Shown here: piece after piece, positions 9,397 through 19,092 of the stretch
Numbering within the stretch: the first letter of the stretch is position 1
How the letters are laid out: every line of letters starts with the position of its first letter
NCBI GenBank assembly: GCA_041577295.1
Contig: JBFGJG010000002.1
Location: forward strand, 128,001 to 192,000
Direction: 5' to 3'
From: Gemmatimonadales bacterium
Lineage (GTDB): Bacteria; Gemmatimonadota; Gemmatimonadetes; Gemmatimonadales; GWC2-71-9
DNA: 64,000 bases
Notes under the pieces: model-generated
Database searches by the model: none
Seen by the model: only the letters and a program-made list of their open reading frames with translations
Told to the model about the DNA's origin: nothing
Program-made: the position numbers and the translations under genes

Positions 9397-10715
9397 CGAG
9401 ATTTTCCATGCATGACACGGGTCACGATGTCATTCAGGATCCCGCCGACCTGCCACACTTCGTGAAAGGTGTTGTACAGCGGAACCGGTGCAAGACGGAT
9501 GACATCGGGGTCGCGAAAATCGCCAACAACGCCATGCGCACTCAACTCGTCGAACATTGCGCGGCCATGTTGCGGCACGCGAATCGACAGCTGACACCCT
9601 CGTGCGTTCTGATCGCGCGGCGTGATGATCTCGAGATGGCGCGTACCGTTGTGGTCAATGAGGTACTCGAGGTATCCGGTCAGGCGAACGGATTTGCGGC
9701 GAAGGGCCGGGATCCCGGCTTCGGTGAAGATGTCGAGCGACGGACGGAGCCCCGCCATCGAGAGGATGGGAGGGTTGCTGATCTGCCAGCCGTCAGCGCC
9801 GACCTGCGGGACGAAGTCGACGTTGGACTGCATGCGAAACCGCGTCTCGGGATCGTTCCCCCACCAACCCGCAAACCTCGGCAGGGACGCGGTCCCGTAG
9901 CGCTCGTGAACGAAGGCGCCAGCCACCGAGCCGGGGCCGCCGTTGAGATACTTGTACGAGCACCAAACCGCGAAGTCCACATCCCACGCATGCAGGGCAA
10001 GCGGGACGTTGCCAACCGCATGGGCGAGGTCGTACCCAACCACGCACCCCGCCCGACGGGCCGCCCGCGTGATGCGATCCAGGTCAAAGAACTGACCGGT
10101 GTAGTAGTTGACGCCGCCGAGCATCACGAGCGCGATCTCACGTCCTCGCTTTGTGAGCAGCGACTCGAGGTCTTCCGTGCGGAGACAGTCCTCACCGTCT
10201 CGGGGGTGCACCTCCAGCAGCCCCTCGTTTGCGTCGTAGCCGTGCCACTGGAGTTGTGACTGGACCGCGTAGCGATCGGACGGGAAGGGACTGGCTTCAA
10301 TGAGGATTTTGTGCCGCTCCGCTGAGGGGCGGTAGAAAGACACCATCATGAGATGCAGATTGACCGTGAGCCCGTTCATTGCGACGACCTCGTGCGGCTC
10401 CGCGCCGACGAGCTGAGCGAGCGGCTCGCGCAGGACTTCGTGGTACGAGTACCAAGGTGTGCCGGCGTCGAAGTGTCCTTTGACCCCGAGCGTTTCCCAG
10501 TCCTGGATCTCACGGTTTACCACGTCCCGTACTGTCTTCGGCATCAACCCGAGCGAGTTGCCACACAAGTAAACCAATGGCTCACCACGGGCGTTTCTCG
10601 GCAGGGCAAATCGATCCCGGTAGCTGCGCAGTGGATCGGTCGCGTCGAGCTCGCGCGCGAACGCCTCCTCAGTTCGAAACGCGATGTCAGCCGACGACTT
10701 GCTCGCATACCTCAC
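9393..10715 (-). CDS. kynU: Kynureninase
   Basis: YLCGNSLGL, LTVNLHLMMVSFYRP, DLAHAVGN, WCSYKYLNGGPG (PLP lysine), RLAPVPLYN. Confidence 0.95.
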   Translation of the reverse strand: MRYASKSSADIAFRTEEAFARELDATDPLRSYRDRFALPRNARGEPLVYLCGNSLGLMPKTVRDVVNREIQDWETLGVKGHFDAGTPWYSYHEVLREPLAQLVGAEPHEVVAMNGLTVNLHLMMVSFYRPSAERHKILIEASPFPSDRYAVQSQLQWHGYDANEGLLEVHPRDGEDCLRTEDLESLLTKRGREIALVMLGGVNYYTGQFFDLDRITRAARRAGCVVGYDLAHAVGNVPLALHAWDVDFAVWCSYKYLNGGPGSVAGAFVHERYGTASLPRFAGWWGNDPETRFRMQSNVDFVPQVGADGWQISNPPILSMAGLRPSLDIFTEAGIPALRRKSVRLTGYLEYLIDHNGTRHLEIITPRDQNARGCQLSIRVPQHGRAMFDELSAHGVVGDFRDPDVIRLAPVPLYNTFHEVWQVGGILNDIVTRVMHGKSR

Positions 10716-11740
10716 GAGCCGAAGCCACCACGGTCAGGGAGGCCAAGAAACTCGAGCGCCGTGCCTCCCAACAGCCGTTCCTTCACATCCGGTGAGAAGT
10801 CGGGCATCGAGTCGATCAAGCGTCCTGGTACGTGCTCTCCCAGTGGAAACGGATAGTCCGACCCGAGGGCGACTCGCTCGGGTCCAAGCAGGTTGACGAG
10901 GTAACGCAGTGCATCGGCATCGTGCACCAGTGAATCGGTGTAAAACGAGCCGAGGAAGGACCGCGGATTCACCTCACAGTCCACCGCACAAAGGTCGGGG
11001 CGGACCTGAAACCCGTGCTCGATGCGTCCGATGGTACCGGGAAAGGATCCGCCACCGTGGGCAAAGGCGACTCGCAGGTTTGGCAAACGGCGCAGCACAC
11101 CGCCAAAGATCATGGAACAAATCGCGAGCGCGGTCTCCGCTGGCATCCCCACGAGCCACGGGAGCCAGTACTTGGGCATCCGATCCTTCCCCATCATGTC
11201 CCACGGGTGCACGAACACCGCCGCTCCAAGATCTGCCGCGCTCTCGAAGACCGGAAACAGCTCCGGCGCATTCAAGTTCCAATCGTTCACGTGACTTCCG
11301 ATCTCGACACCCGCCAGACCCAAATCATTGACGCATCGTTCCAGTTCGCGGATCGCGAGCGTCGGCTCCTGCAGCGGCAGCGTTCCGAGACCGACGAAGC
11401 GTTTGGGGTGTCGCTGCACGACGTCAGCGATATGGTCGTTCAGCAGCCTCGAGAGATCGTTGGCGTCGTGGGGTTTCGCCCAGTAGCTGAACATGACCGG
11501 CACCGTTGAGAGCACCTGGACGTCGACGCCATGCCTGTCACATTCCTCTAAGCGGCGCTCAGGTGACCAACAGTTGTCTTTAACTTCGCGAAAGCAGCGA
11601 TCATCGATCATCACGCGGGCGCGGCCCGGCTGATGATGGTCCAGACGCACAAACCCCCCATAGCCGTACCGTTCCCGCAGGTCAGGCCAGCGTTCCGGGA
11701 GGATGTGCGTATGAAGGTCGATCTTGAGCGGCGTGGACAC
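10712..11740 (-). CDS. nbaD: 2-amino-3-carboxymuconate-6-semialdehyde decarboxylase (ACMSD)
   Basis: DLHTH, QVLSTVPVMFSYW, FVHPWDM, WLVGMPAET, AHGGGSFP, GSDYPFPLGE. Confidence 0.92.
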   Translation of the reverse strand: MSTPLKIDLHTHILPERWPDLRERYGYGGFVRLDHHQPGRARVMIDDRCFREVKDNCWSPERRLEECDRHGVDVQVLSTVPVMFSYWAKPHDANDLSRLLNDHIADVVQRHPKRFVGLGTLPLQEPTLAIRELERCVNDLGLAGVEIGSHVNDWNLNAPELFPVFESAADLGAAVFVHPWDMMGKDRMPKYWLPWLVGMPAETALAICSMIFGGVLRRLPNLRVAFAHGGGSFPGTIGRIEHGFQVRPDLCAVDCEVNPRSFLGSFYTDSLVHDADALRYLVNLLGPERVALGSDYPFPLGEHVPGRLIDSMPDFSPDVKERLLGGTALEFLGLPDRGGFGS

Positions 11741-11750
11741 CCGCGAGCGC

Positions 11751-12281
11751 TCAGCTCGCCTTTGCAGGGACCGGCACTTGCATGACCGTACCGCAGTGCT
11801 TGCAGGTTCTCAGCTTCTCGTCGCTGTAAAAATTCTCGATGACCGGCTTGAGTTGCGTACCGAGATCGACCAACTCAAACGACGCGTCATAGAGCAGCTT
11901 GTCGCACTTCTCACAATACCACTGGAGATGATCTCGCTCGCCTGATCGACGCCGACGCTCCACCACTAAGCCGACCGTGTTGGCCGGGCGCTGAGGCGAA
12001 TGCGGTATTCCGGCCGGCAACAAGAAGATGTCGCCCTCTTTGATCTTGATGTCGCGCTTCTTTCCATCCTCGATCACGCGAACGGTAATCTCACCCTCGA
12101 GCTGATAGAAGAGCTCCTCTCCGTCTTCCACGTGAAAGTCTTTTCGTTGGTTCGGGCCGCCGACCACCATGACCAAAAAGTCGCTGTCTTGCCAAACCAT
12201 CTTGTTGCCCACCGGTGGCTTGAGAAACTCCCGGTGGTCTTCGACCCACTGCCGCAGATTCAGAGCCGTGCGCTGTGTCAT
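11751..12281 (-). CDS. nbaC: 3-hydroxyanthranilate 3,4-dioxygenase
   Basis: LKPPVGNK, VGGPNQRKDFH, EELFYQ, PHSPQR, rubredoxin-like CEKC/CKHC. Confidence 0.96.
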   Translation of the reverse strand: MTQRTALNLRQWVEDHREFLKPPVGNKMVWQDSDFLVMVVGGPNQRKDFHVEDGEELFYQLEGEITVRVIEDGKKRDIKIKEGDIFLLPAGIPHSPQRPANTVGLVVERRRRSGERDHLQWYCEKCDKLLYDASFELVDLGTQLKPVIENFYSDEKLRTCKHCGTVMQVPVPAKAS

Positions 12282-12523
12282 TGCAACCCCCGCCGTAGTT
12301 TTCGCGATTCTTTAGAATCGATCGACTCGTTGTTTACTATCGTTCGGGTGAAGCAGCAAAGCAAGCCAAGAGGGCTGGGGAGCGCTGGTGGGATCGTGGC
12401 GAGTGTGGGCCGTGAGGATTTACGTGCGGCAGAGGTGTTGGGCGGGGGCTATGGACGCACCACACCGTCAGCCCTCAGGAGGGAGTGTGCTAAGGCGCGC
12501 TAAGGGCTGACGGACTGGTACGG

Positions 12524-12742
12524 TTATGCGGTGGCCCTGCCAGTTCCCCGGCAGTAGACGCAGCTGCTGGCGGCCGTCGAGTCAAAGCCAAAAGGCCCGC
12601 CAGACCCCCGCCCGCCGCAGAACGGACAGGGTTCGCTGCGATGGGCCCGCAGCTCTGCTAGCTCTCGCCCCAGATCCACCCGCTTGCGATCCTCGAGACA
12701 AGGACCGTCATGATCTGAGTAGCAGCGATCACACCACGCCAT
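12524..12742 (-). CDS. Small Cys-rich zinc-finger protein (72 aa)
   Basis: AGGAGG RBS before ATG 12742; CDRC..H..PC plus CPFCGGRG and CVYCRGTG (DnaJ-type CxxCxGxG). Confidence 0.65.
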   Translation of the reverse strand: MAWCDRCYSDHDGPCLEDRKRVDLGRELAELRAHRSEPCPFCGGRGSGGPFGFDSTAASSCVYCRGTGRATA

Positions 12743-13115
12743 ACGGACCTCCTGTGCGGAGCGAAACCACCCTCCTTGCATCCGCGACTACCACGTCTGC
12801 AGTCGGATACGGGCAATTTCCGGGCCTGATTACCGAAGGTCGAACGAGTGGGGCGACGGCTTTGCGCCGCGTGTCTCCTGGATCCTTTCACGTTGCTCCC
12901 CGGCGACATATGGAGACCGGTTACCACGCCGACGCTTGGGAGTTGATCGCGGGGGCGGTAGCTTTTCCACCAATTGTTGCGTCGGAGATTGGAGATGCGC
13001 TGCGCCTCACCGTGCTCGTGCGAGCCACCGTGACGCTGACCGTGGCAGCTGCCCCGCACTCATCGGTCACGATTCGCGAGTGGGCCGTTTCGGGGGAAGA
13101 CTCGCGCTCGATACC

Positions 13116-13703
13116 ATGACTCACGAGGGCATCCGATCCGGCATCCTCTGCTGCGCGCTGCTCATTTCGTGGGCGGCAGCAAAGGGCACCGCGCCCGGAT
13201 ATCGAGACGGTCCTCCCCTCGCCCACACCGGCGGGTTTGGCGAGCCCACCTGCCTCGAGTGTCACTTCGACCTCCCGGTGAACGATCCCGCAACCCGCCT
13301 CCTCGTCACCGGCGTTCCCGACGCCTACGAATCGGGACAACGCTATCCGATCAGGCTCACGCTGCACCGGGCGATGCTTGGCCGCGGCGGATTTCAGCTC
13401 GCCGTCCGCTACAGCGAGCCCGCCGGGCTGGCCGGAAAGCAAGCCGGCACGCTCCGTTCCTCGAACGCGGACGTTCAGGTGCTACCGGATTCTGGCACTG
13501 GCGTGTCATACGCGCAGCACACGGAGATTGGCACGCGACCAACCAATGACACGGTCTCCTGGGCCGTGGAGTGGGTGGCGCCAACGGGACCATCACGAGG
13601 CAGGGTCGTGTTTCATTTGACGGCCAACGCCGCCAACGACGACGCCTCGGAGTTTGGCGATTACATCCTAGTCCGGCGTCTGTTCTCAGCTCGCCGGGAC
13701 TGA
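13116..13703 (+). CDS. Secreted Reeler-like / choice-of-anchor V protein with a CxxCH motif
   Basis: Signal peptide, GPP.AHTGGFGEPTCLECH, GGFQL, WxAP, ANAANDDASEFGD. Confidence 0.75.
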   Translation: MTHEGIRSGILCCALLISWAAAKGTAPGYRDGPPLAHTGGFGEPTCLECHFDLPVNDPATRLLVTGVPDAYESGQRYPIRLTLHRAMLGRGGFQLAVRYSEPAGLAGKQAGTLRSSNADVQVLPDSGTGVSYAQHTEIGTRPTNDTVSWAVEWVAPTGPSRGRVVFHLTANAANDDASEFGDYILVRRLFSARRD

Positions 13704-13724
13704 CCGCGGCGCATCCTCGACCTG

Positions 13725-13937
13725 TTACCGATGTCCTTCCACCGTGAATGAGATCTTGGCATTCACGCGATACTGCTCGATCTTGTCCCCGTTGACCGTG
13801 CACGAAAAGTTGTCGATCCAAACGGACTTGATGCCTTTGACGGTCTTGGCTGCCTCTTTGACCGCATTCTGCGTTGCGTCGTCAAAGCTCTTATTGGACT
13901 GAGCGATGACCTCGATGACCTTCACAATGCTGCCCAT
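13725..13937 (-). CDS. Dodecin family protein
   Basis: 70 aa, KVIEVIAQS.KSFDDA..NAV.EA.KT, YRVNAKISF; GGAGG RBS. Confidence 0.9.
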   Translation of the reverse strand: MGSIVKVIEVIAQSNKSFDDATQNAVKEAAKTVKGIKSVWIDNFSCTVNGDKIEQYRVNAKISFTVEGHR

Positions 13938-14027
13938 GCCCTGGACCTCCCGGAGTAGCGGTGTGTGTGAACCGTGAATCTCGGGACTCCCGCGTGAAGC
14001 CCGGCTGATCCACGGTTATGATTGCCT

Positions 14028-16535
14028 TCAGGAAGTTTCACGTGGGTCTGGTGTGCGCAACCTCCCCCAAATCATCCCACTGAACAGTTCTGCGAATCCC
14101 CACGTGACCACGATGCTGACACCGACCCAGAGCCAGGACGTCATTGTGAGCGGTACCGCGTCGAACGCCTGCATCAGCCAGGGCACGGCGAGCACGAGCA
14201 CCTGTACCGCGAAGCCTGCAGCGACAGCGAGATGCACGAGCATATTGGGTGACGGACGAAGGTCCGTGTGCCGGGCCGGATACGCAAAGAGCAACTGTCC
14301 GGCGGCCAGAAACAGAAAGGTTGCGGTACGGGTCGCATCGAGCGATTCCCGGAGAAGGATGGGGAACAATCCCAGGATCGCGAACGCCGTCAGCGCTTTG
14401 ACGACGCCCGACAGCAATATGAATCGCAACGAGGGAAGGTCGAGTAGTGGGGATTCCGGGTCCCGTGGGCGGCGTTGCATCACTCCGGGGTTACGATCGA
14501 TGCCCAGGGCGAGCGCGGGGGCGCCATCGGTTACGAGGTTGATCCACAGCAGCTGTGCGGCGGTGAGCGGGAGTAGCAGATTACCGCTCGGGTCTCGCAA
14601 ATCCAACAGAAACGACGCAAAGGCGCCGATCGTCACCACCAGGACCTCGGACAGATTGGTCGAGAAGAGGAATCTGATGAACTTCTGAATGTTCTCGTAG
14701 ATGCTGCGACCCTCCTCGATCGCCGATACGATCGTGGCGAAGTTGTCATCCAACAGCACGAGGTCAGCGACTTCCCGGGTCACATCGCTGCCACGTAGGC
14801 CCATTGCCACGCCGACATCGGACCGCTTGAGTGCGGGAGCGTCGTTGACGCCATCACCGGTCATCGCCACGATGGCGCCGTTCGATTTCAGCGCTTCGAC
14901 AATTCGGAGTTTGTGATCGGGACCAACCCGCGCGAACACTTGCGCGGTATGAATGGCCCGATCGAACTCTGCGGCCGTCATGCTTTCCATTTCGGCCCCG
15001 GTGATAACGGACGCGCTCTCGAGGCCAACCGTGCGTGCGACCGTCCGCGCCGTCTGCGGGTGATCACCCGTCACCATGAGCACACGGATCCCGGCCTCCT
15101 GGGCGCGACGCACGGCATCCGGCACCTCTGCCCTCGGTGGGTCCCACAAGAGGACCACGCCCAACCAGCGGAGGCCGGCTTCCGTCTCACCATCTCCCCA
15201 CGCCAAGGCGAGCAGACGGTATCCCTCTGCCGCCGAGGTCTCGATGGTCTTGGTCCAGGTGGCACGTTCCTCAGCCGAAAGCTCGCATCGCGCGAGGATA
15301 ATCTCGGGGGCACCCTTCAGATAGCTCACCGTCTGGCCACGCTCGATGCCCGTGACGCGCATGAACTTCCATGACGAATCGAACGGGCGCGCAGAAACCC
15401 GCGTGAAGCTCGCCCGTACCGCCCGCGGATCACCATGATGAGTTTGCGCGTGCCGGAGCAGTGCCACATCCAGAGGATCCCCAGCACCCGTGTCCAGCTC
15501 TGCTTCGTTTGCCAGAGCGAGAGCGCGCCGCATCCGATCGGGATCGGGTGAATCCACGCGGCGGACGTCGAGTCGATTCTCGGTCAGGGTCCCGGTCTTG
15601 TCCGTCGCGATGACGGTCACGGAGCCTAGCGCCTCCACGGCGGCTAAGCGGCGAACCACCGCCTTGCGACGCGCCATTCGTTCGACTCCGAGGGCCAGGG
15701 TTACCGTGAGCACAGCCGGAAGTCCCTCGGGAACTGCAGCAACGGCGAGCGCGACCGCAAAGAGGAGGACGTGGCCAGCTCTCGACACGCCCTCAACGAA
15801 GACTCCGCCCACTGCGATCAAAAGCGCGAGCGCGACGATCCACCGTGCAACCCGGTGCCCGAACGATTCCAAACGTCGCTCCAAGGGCGTGCGTTCGGTG
15901 GGCACTTCGCCCAACATCGTCGCGAGTCGTCCCATCGCACTCTGCGTACCGGTGCGGGAAACCTCCAGGTACGCCTTCCCTCGTACGACGAGCGTCCCCG
16001 AAAAGACCTCGTCGCCCACGATCTTTTCCAACGGGAGGGACTCACCGGTGAGGATTGATTCATCGACTGAGAGATTATCGGCTGTCTGCGCCGCCGCGTC
16101 TGCCGGCACGCGATCGCCCGCCTCGACCCGGATCACGTCCCCCGGCGCGAGCTCAATGCTCGGCAAGCGCACCAGCCGCCCGTCTCGGATCGTCCAGACT
16201 TGCGGTGCGGCGAGTTGCTTGAGTTTCTCCAGAGCACTTTCGGCTTTGCGTTCCTGCCAAACGCCGAGGGCGGCGTTGAGAAGCAGGATCATTCCAATCG
16301 CTGCGGCTTCCAGGGGGGTGCCCGGGCGCCCTGCCGTGAACCAGACGGCAAGGTCCACGATGAGCGCGAATAACAGGATGTAGATGAGCGGACTCTTGAA
16401 CTGGTGGGCAAACCGTCGCCACAGAGGATCCGGCGCCGATTCGGGGAGGGCGTTCGGGCCGAACTCTTGCAACCGTCGGGAAGCTTCGGCGGAGGACAGG
16501 CCCCTCTGTGGCCCCACCACGCCCGGAACGGTCAT
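14028..16535 (-). CDS. Cation-transporting P-type ATPase (type II, Ca2+-like)
   Basis: TGES, PEGLP, DKTGTLT, KGAPE, DPPR, TGD, GDGVND, LWINLVTDG. Confidence 0.95.
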   Translation of the reverse strand: MTVPGVVGPQRGLSSAEASRRLQEFGPNALPESAPDPLWRRFAHQFKSPLIYILLFALIVDLAVWFTAGRPGTPLEAAAIGMILLLNAALGVWQERKAESALEKLKQLAAPQVWTIRDGRLVRLPSIELAPGDVIRVEAGDRVPADAAAQTADNLSVDESILTGESLPLEKIVGDEVFSGTLVVRGKAYLEVSRTGTQSAMGRLATMLGEVPTERTPLERRLESFGHRVARWIVALALLIAVGGVFVEGVSRAGHVLLFAVALAVAAVPEGLPAVLTVTLALGVERMARRKAVVRRLAAVEALGSVTVIATDKTGTLTENRLDVRRVDSPDPDRMRRALALANEAELDTGAGDPLDVALLRHAQTHHGDPRAVRASFTRVSARPFDSSWKFMRVTGIERGQTVSYLKGAPEIILARCELSAEERATWTKTIETSAAEGYRLLALAWGDGETEAGLRWLGVVLLWDPPRAEVPDAVRRAQEAGIRVLMVTGDHPQTARTVARTVGLESASVITGAEMESMTAAEFDRAIHTAQVFARVGPDHKLRIVEALKSNGAIVAMTGDGVNDAPALKRSDVGVAMGLRGSDVTREVADLVLLDDNFATIVSAIEEGRSIYENIQKFIRFLFSTNLSEVLVVTIGAFASFLLDLRDPSGNLLLPLTAAQLLWINLVTDGAPALALGIDRNPGVMQRRPRDPESPLLDLPSLRFILLSGVVKALTAFAILGLFPILLRESLDATRTATFLFLAAGQLLFAYPARHTDLRPSPNMLVHLAVAAGFAVQVLVLAVPWLMQAFDAVPLTMTSWLWVGVSIVVTWGFAELFSGMIWGRLRTPDPRETS

Positions 16536-16545
16536 GCTCGCGGCT

Positions 16546-17541
16546 TCAGAGACTGGTGACGCGGTACACGCCGTACAGCCCCGCGAGGTACGCGAGAATC
16601 ATAAAGACGGGTCCCGGTTCGACGATCCAAAGACGACGCTCCGACTTGTTCATCACGTCGAGCATAGCAAGCGTCATGAGCACCACGCCCACCAATCCGC
16701 CAACGGCCAGACCGGGATCGATCGTTGCCAACATCGATCCCGGACCCTGCACGAGATCGAGTGGTACCAACGCCGCCATGTTGAAGCAGTTGCTCCCTAA
16801 GAGATTCCCCACCGCCAAGTTGTAGGCTCCGGCGCGAACGCTGCCGTACGAGACCGCCGCCTCCGGTAGCGAGGTCGTGAGAGCCAGCAGGAGCATCCCC
16901 GCGATTCCCTGAGACATGTTCAGTTGGTCCGCGAGGGCGGCGGCAGATGCAGCCAGTGAGGGTGCGGCGACGAGCACGACGATCGTCGCAAAGCCAAACC
17001 CGATGAAGGCTTGTTGAATCGATCTCATGGGTCGACGGGCCGCCGCAACTTCGGCGGGCGTTCTGAACGGTGGCTCTGTACGATTCCTGTGGATGAGACG
17101 CATGCCGGTGACATACCCGAATCCGATCACCAGCGTGGACCACCCGAGGGGGAATGCGCCGAGACGGCGACCCGCGAGCACCCCGAGGACTGCAACCACC
17201 GTGAGAAGCACCGCGAGTATTCCCACAAGGACTTGATTCACCGCCACGCGCAGAAGCAACCGCGGCTGTCGGGTAAGTAGATCCGCGATGGCGAGGATCA
17301 GCATGTTCGCCATACTGGATCCAAACAGATCGCCGACAGCTAGCGCGGTGTTACCCTGAAGAACGGCATTGAAATCGGTGGCGAGTTCGGGGAGTGACGT
17401 CGCCGCCGCGATGAGAATGGCTCCGACCCATACTCCGCCCAGCCCAGTGTGTTTCGCGATGGCGTCTCCATCCCTGGCCAAGCGAACACCCGCGAGCGCG
17501 ACGGCTGCCGCACTGACGACAAACGTTAGCCACGCTGGCAT
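16546..17541 (-). CDS. Sodium:calcium antiporter (CaCA family)
   Basis: Two alpha repeats (ATSLPE...GDLFGSS and TTSLPE...GNLLGSN); about 10 TM helices. Confidence 0.9.
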   Translation of the reverse strand: MPAWLTFVVSAAAVALAGVRLARDGDAIAKHTGLGGVWVGAILIAAATSLPELATDFNAVLQGNTALAVGDLFGSSMANMLILAIADLLTRQPRLLLRVAVNQVLVGILAVLLTVVAVLGVLAGRRLGAFPLGWSTLVIGFGYVTGMRLIHRNRTEPPFRTPAEVAAARRPMRSIQQAFIGFGFATIVVLVAAPSLAASAAALADQLNMSQGIAGMLLLALTTSLPEAAVSYGSVRAGAYNLAVGNLLGSNCFNMAALVPLDLVQGPGSMLATIDPGLAVGGLVGVVLMTLAMLDVMNKSERRLWIVEPGPVFMILAYLAGLYGVYRVTSL

Positions 17542-17604
17542 GCGCCGCTGCCTGGGCGAGGCCGCTCGGAGGGGTTGTAACCAATACTGTGGATCAAGCG
17601 GTGC

Positions 17605-18141
17605 TCATTTCAGCGGGATCACCGTCGATGCCTGTGGTCCTTTCTCTCCCTCTTCGGGCACGTAACGAACAGCCGCTCCCACCGCGAGCCTCCCGAACCC
17701 TCCGTCGAGGACACTCCGAGCGTCGAAGTAAACGGAATCGCCCTCCGGCGTCTCGAGAAATCCGTACTCACCCAATGGGTAGAGCTCGCGGACTCGCGCG
17801 ACGGGCTGTGGTGATTCGTGCTCCTTCACCTCTCGCCGTCGTCGTGCGGCATGCTTTCGCAGCTGGCGTTCTGCGGCATTGAAGGCTTGTTGAATGGCGG
17901 AGAGCAGCGTTTCACCACGCTTCCGGCCAACGAACAACTCACCTCCCGGGACGGTCATATCGATCCGAACGGAATACGCAAGCCCACTTCTTCGATGGCG
18001 GTGTGGAAGTTCAACCGCAACACGGCAGCTCACGAGCCGATCGTACAACTCCACGAGCTTCGCAACCCGATCACGGATGGCGGCCTCGTCCGAGTCGGCG
18101 AGTTGAACATTCCGTGCGGCGATTTCCAGTGGGACGTTCAT
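17605..18141 (-). CDS. HPF/RaiA ribosome-associated domain fused to a cold-shock domain
   Basis: PLEIAARN..SCRVAVE.PHRH..VRID.TVPG; C-terminal YGFLETP...VYF...EEGEKGPQASTV. Confidence 0.85.
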   Translation of the reverse strand: MNVPLEIAARNVQLADSDEAAIRDRVAKLVELYDRLVSCRVAVELPHRHRRSGLAYSVRIDMTVPGGELFVGRKRGETLLSAIQQAFNAAERQLRKHAARRRREVKEHESPQPVARVRELYPLGEYGFLETPEGDSVYFDARSVLDGGFGRLAVGAAVRYVPEEGEKGPQASTVIPLK

Positions 18142-18218
18142 TCGCGTCACCTTTCGTTCGCGGGTAGTGGCATCATCGAGAATCACAGACTGGAGTAGAG
18201 GATGCGAGACGCCAGCGC

Positions 18219-18884
18219 CTAACGGCTACTTATCGTCTGCTTCGTTTGGCCGCGTTGCAGGAGACGGCACACTTCTTCGTCCGTCGTCTGCGTGAAGTCG
18301 TCGTAAAAGGTTCCCACGGCCGGGAAGGCTTCTGGGGTCGCCAGGCATACGAAGGCATCCGCTGTGCGCTCGAGGTTCTCGCGCGCTTGCATGGCCGCCA
18401 CCGGCGTAGCCACCACCACCTCGCGTGCCCCCCTTTGCCGCACCGCTTTCACCGCCGCGAGCATCGTGCTTCCGGTGGCGATGCCATCATCGATCAGAAT
18501 GACCCGCCGTCCGAGCACCTCGACTGGCGGTCGATCACCGCGGAACAGCGCGGCGCGACGCGTCACTTCCATGCGCTCTCTACGAATCGCGTCGTCGATG
18601 TATAGCCGAGATACGCGCAGCAGGTCGATCACTTCACGGTTGAGAATCACGACATCGCTCGTGACCGCACCGACAGCCAGCTCCGGTTGCTGCGGCGCGC
18701 CGAGCTTCCGTACGACGAGGACGTCGAGGGGGGTGTCGAGAGCGTGAGCAACTTCATACGCCACCGGCACTCCGCCGCGCGCGAGACCGAGCACGACCGT
18801 GTCGGAGCCCTGGTACTGCATGAGTGCCCGAGACAGGTGACGCCCCGCCTCGCATCGGTCCGCAAACGTTACACTCGTTCGCAT
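18219..18884 (-). CDS. Phosphoribosyltransferase family protein
   Basis: FADR.EAGR.L, LARGGVPV, VRKLGAP..PELA, ILIDDGIATGST, FYDDF.Q. Confidence 0.88.
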   Translation of the reverse strand: MRTSVTFADRCEAGRHLSRALMQYQGSDTVVLGLARGGVPVAYEVAHALDTPLDVLVVRKLGAPQQPELAVGAVTSDVVILNREVIDLLRVSRLYIDDAIRRERMEVTRRAALFRGDRPPVEVLGRRVILIDDGIATGSTMLAAVKAVRQRGAREVVVATPVAAMQARENLERTADAFVCLATPEAFPAVGTFYDDFTQTTDEEVCRLLQRGQTKQTISSR

Positions 18885-19092
18885 GGCACACCTCCCAGGC
18901 TCCTGCTGGTGCCATCAAATAATGAGTAAGGGCTCGTGAAGGCGCCGTGAAGGGGCTCGCAACACCCACTCAAACCGCTTACTGAACCTTTTTTCACACA
19001 CCTTTTGCCTTGTTCACCAGGTTGCCCAGCTACACATAATTTGGGCCGCGCCCTGAGCGCGCGCACCCTGCTTCTTCCAGAGAGAGCTGTCG

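Noticed and set aside
12830..12900. c-di-GMP-I riboswitch (GCAA..GAAAG..GCGCAAAGCC on the minus strand)
   Set aside because: P2/P3 stems and the tetraloop receptor could not be built; needs cmscan to exclude formally
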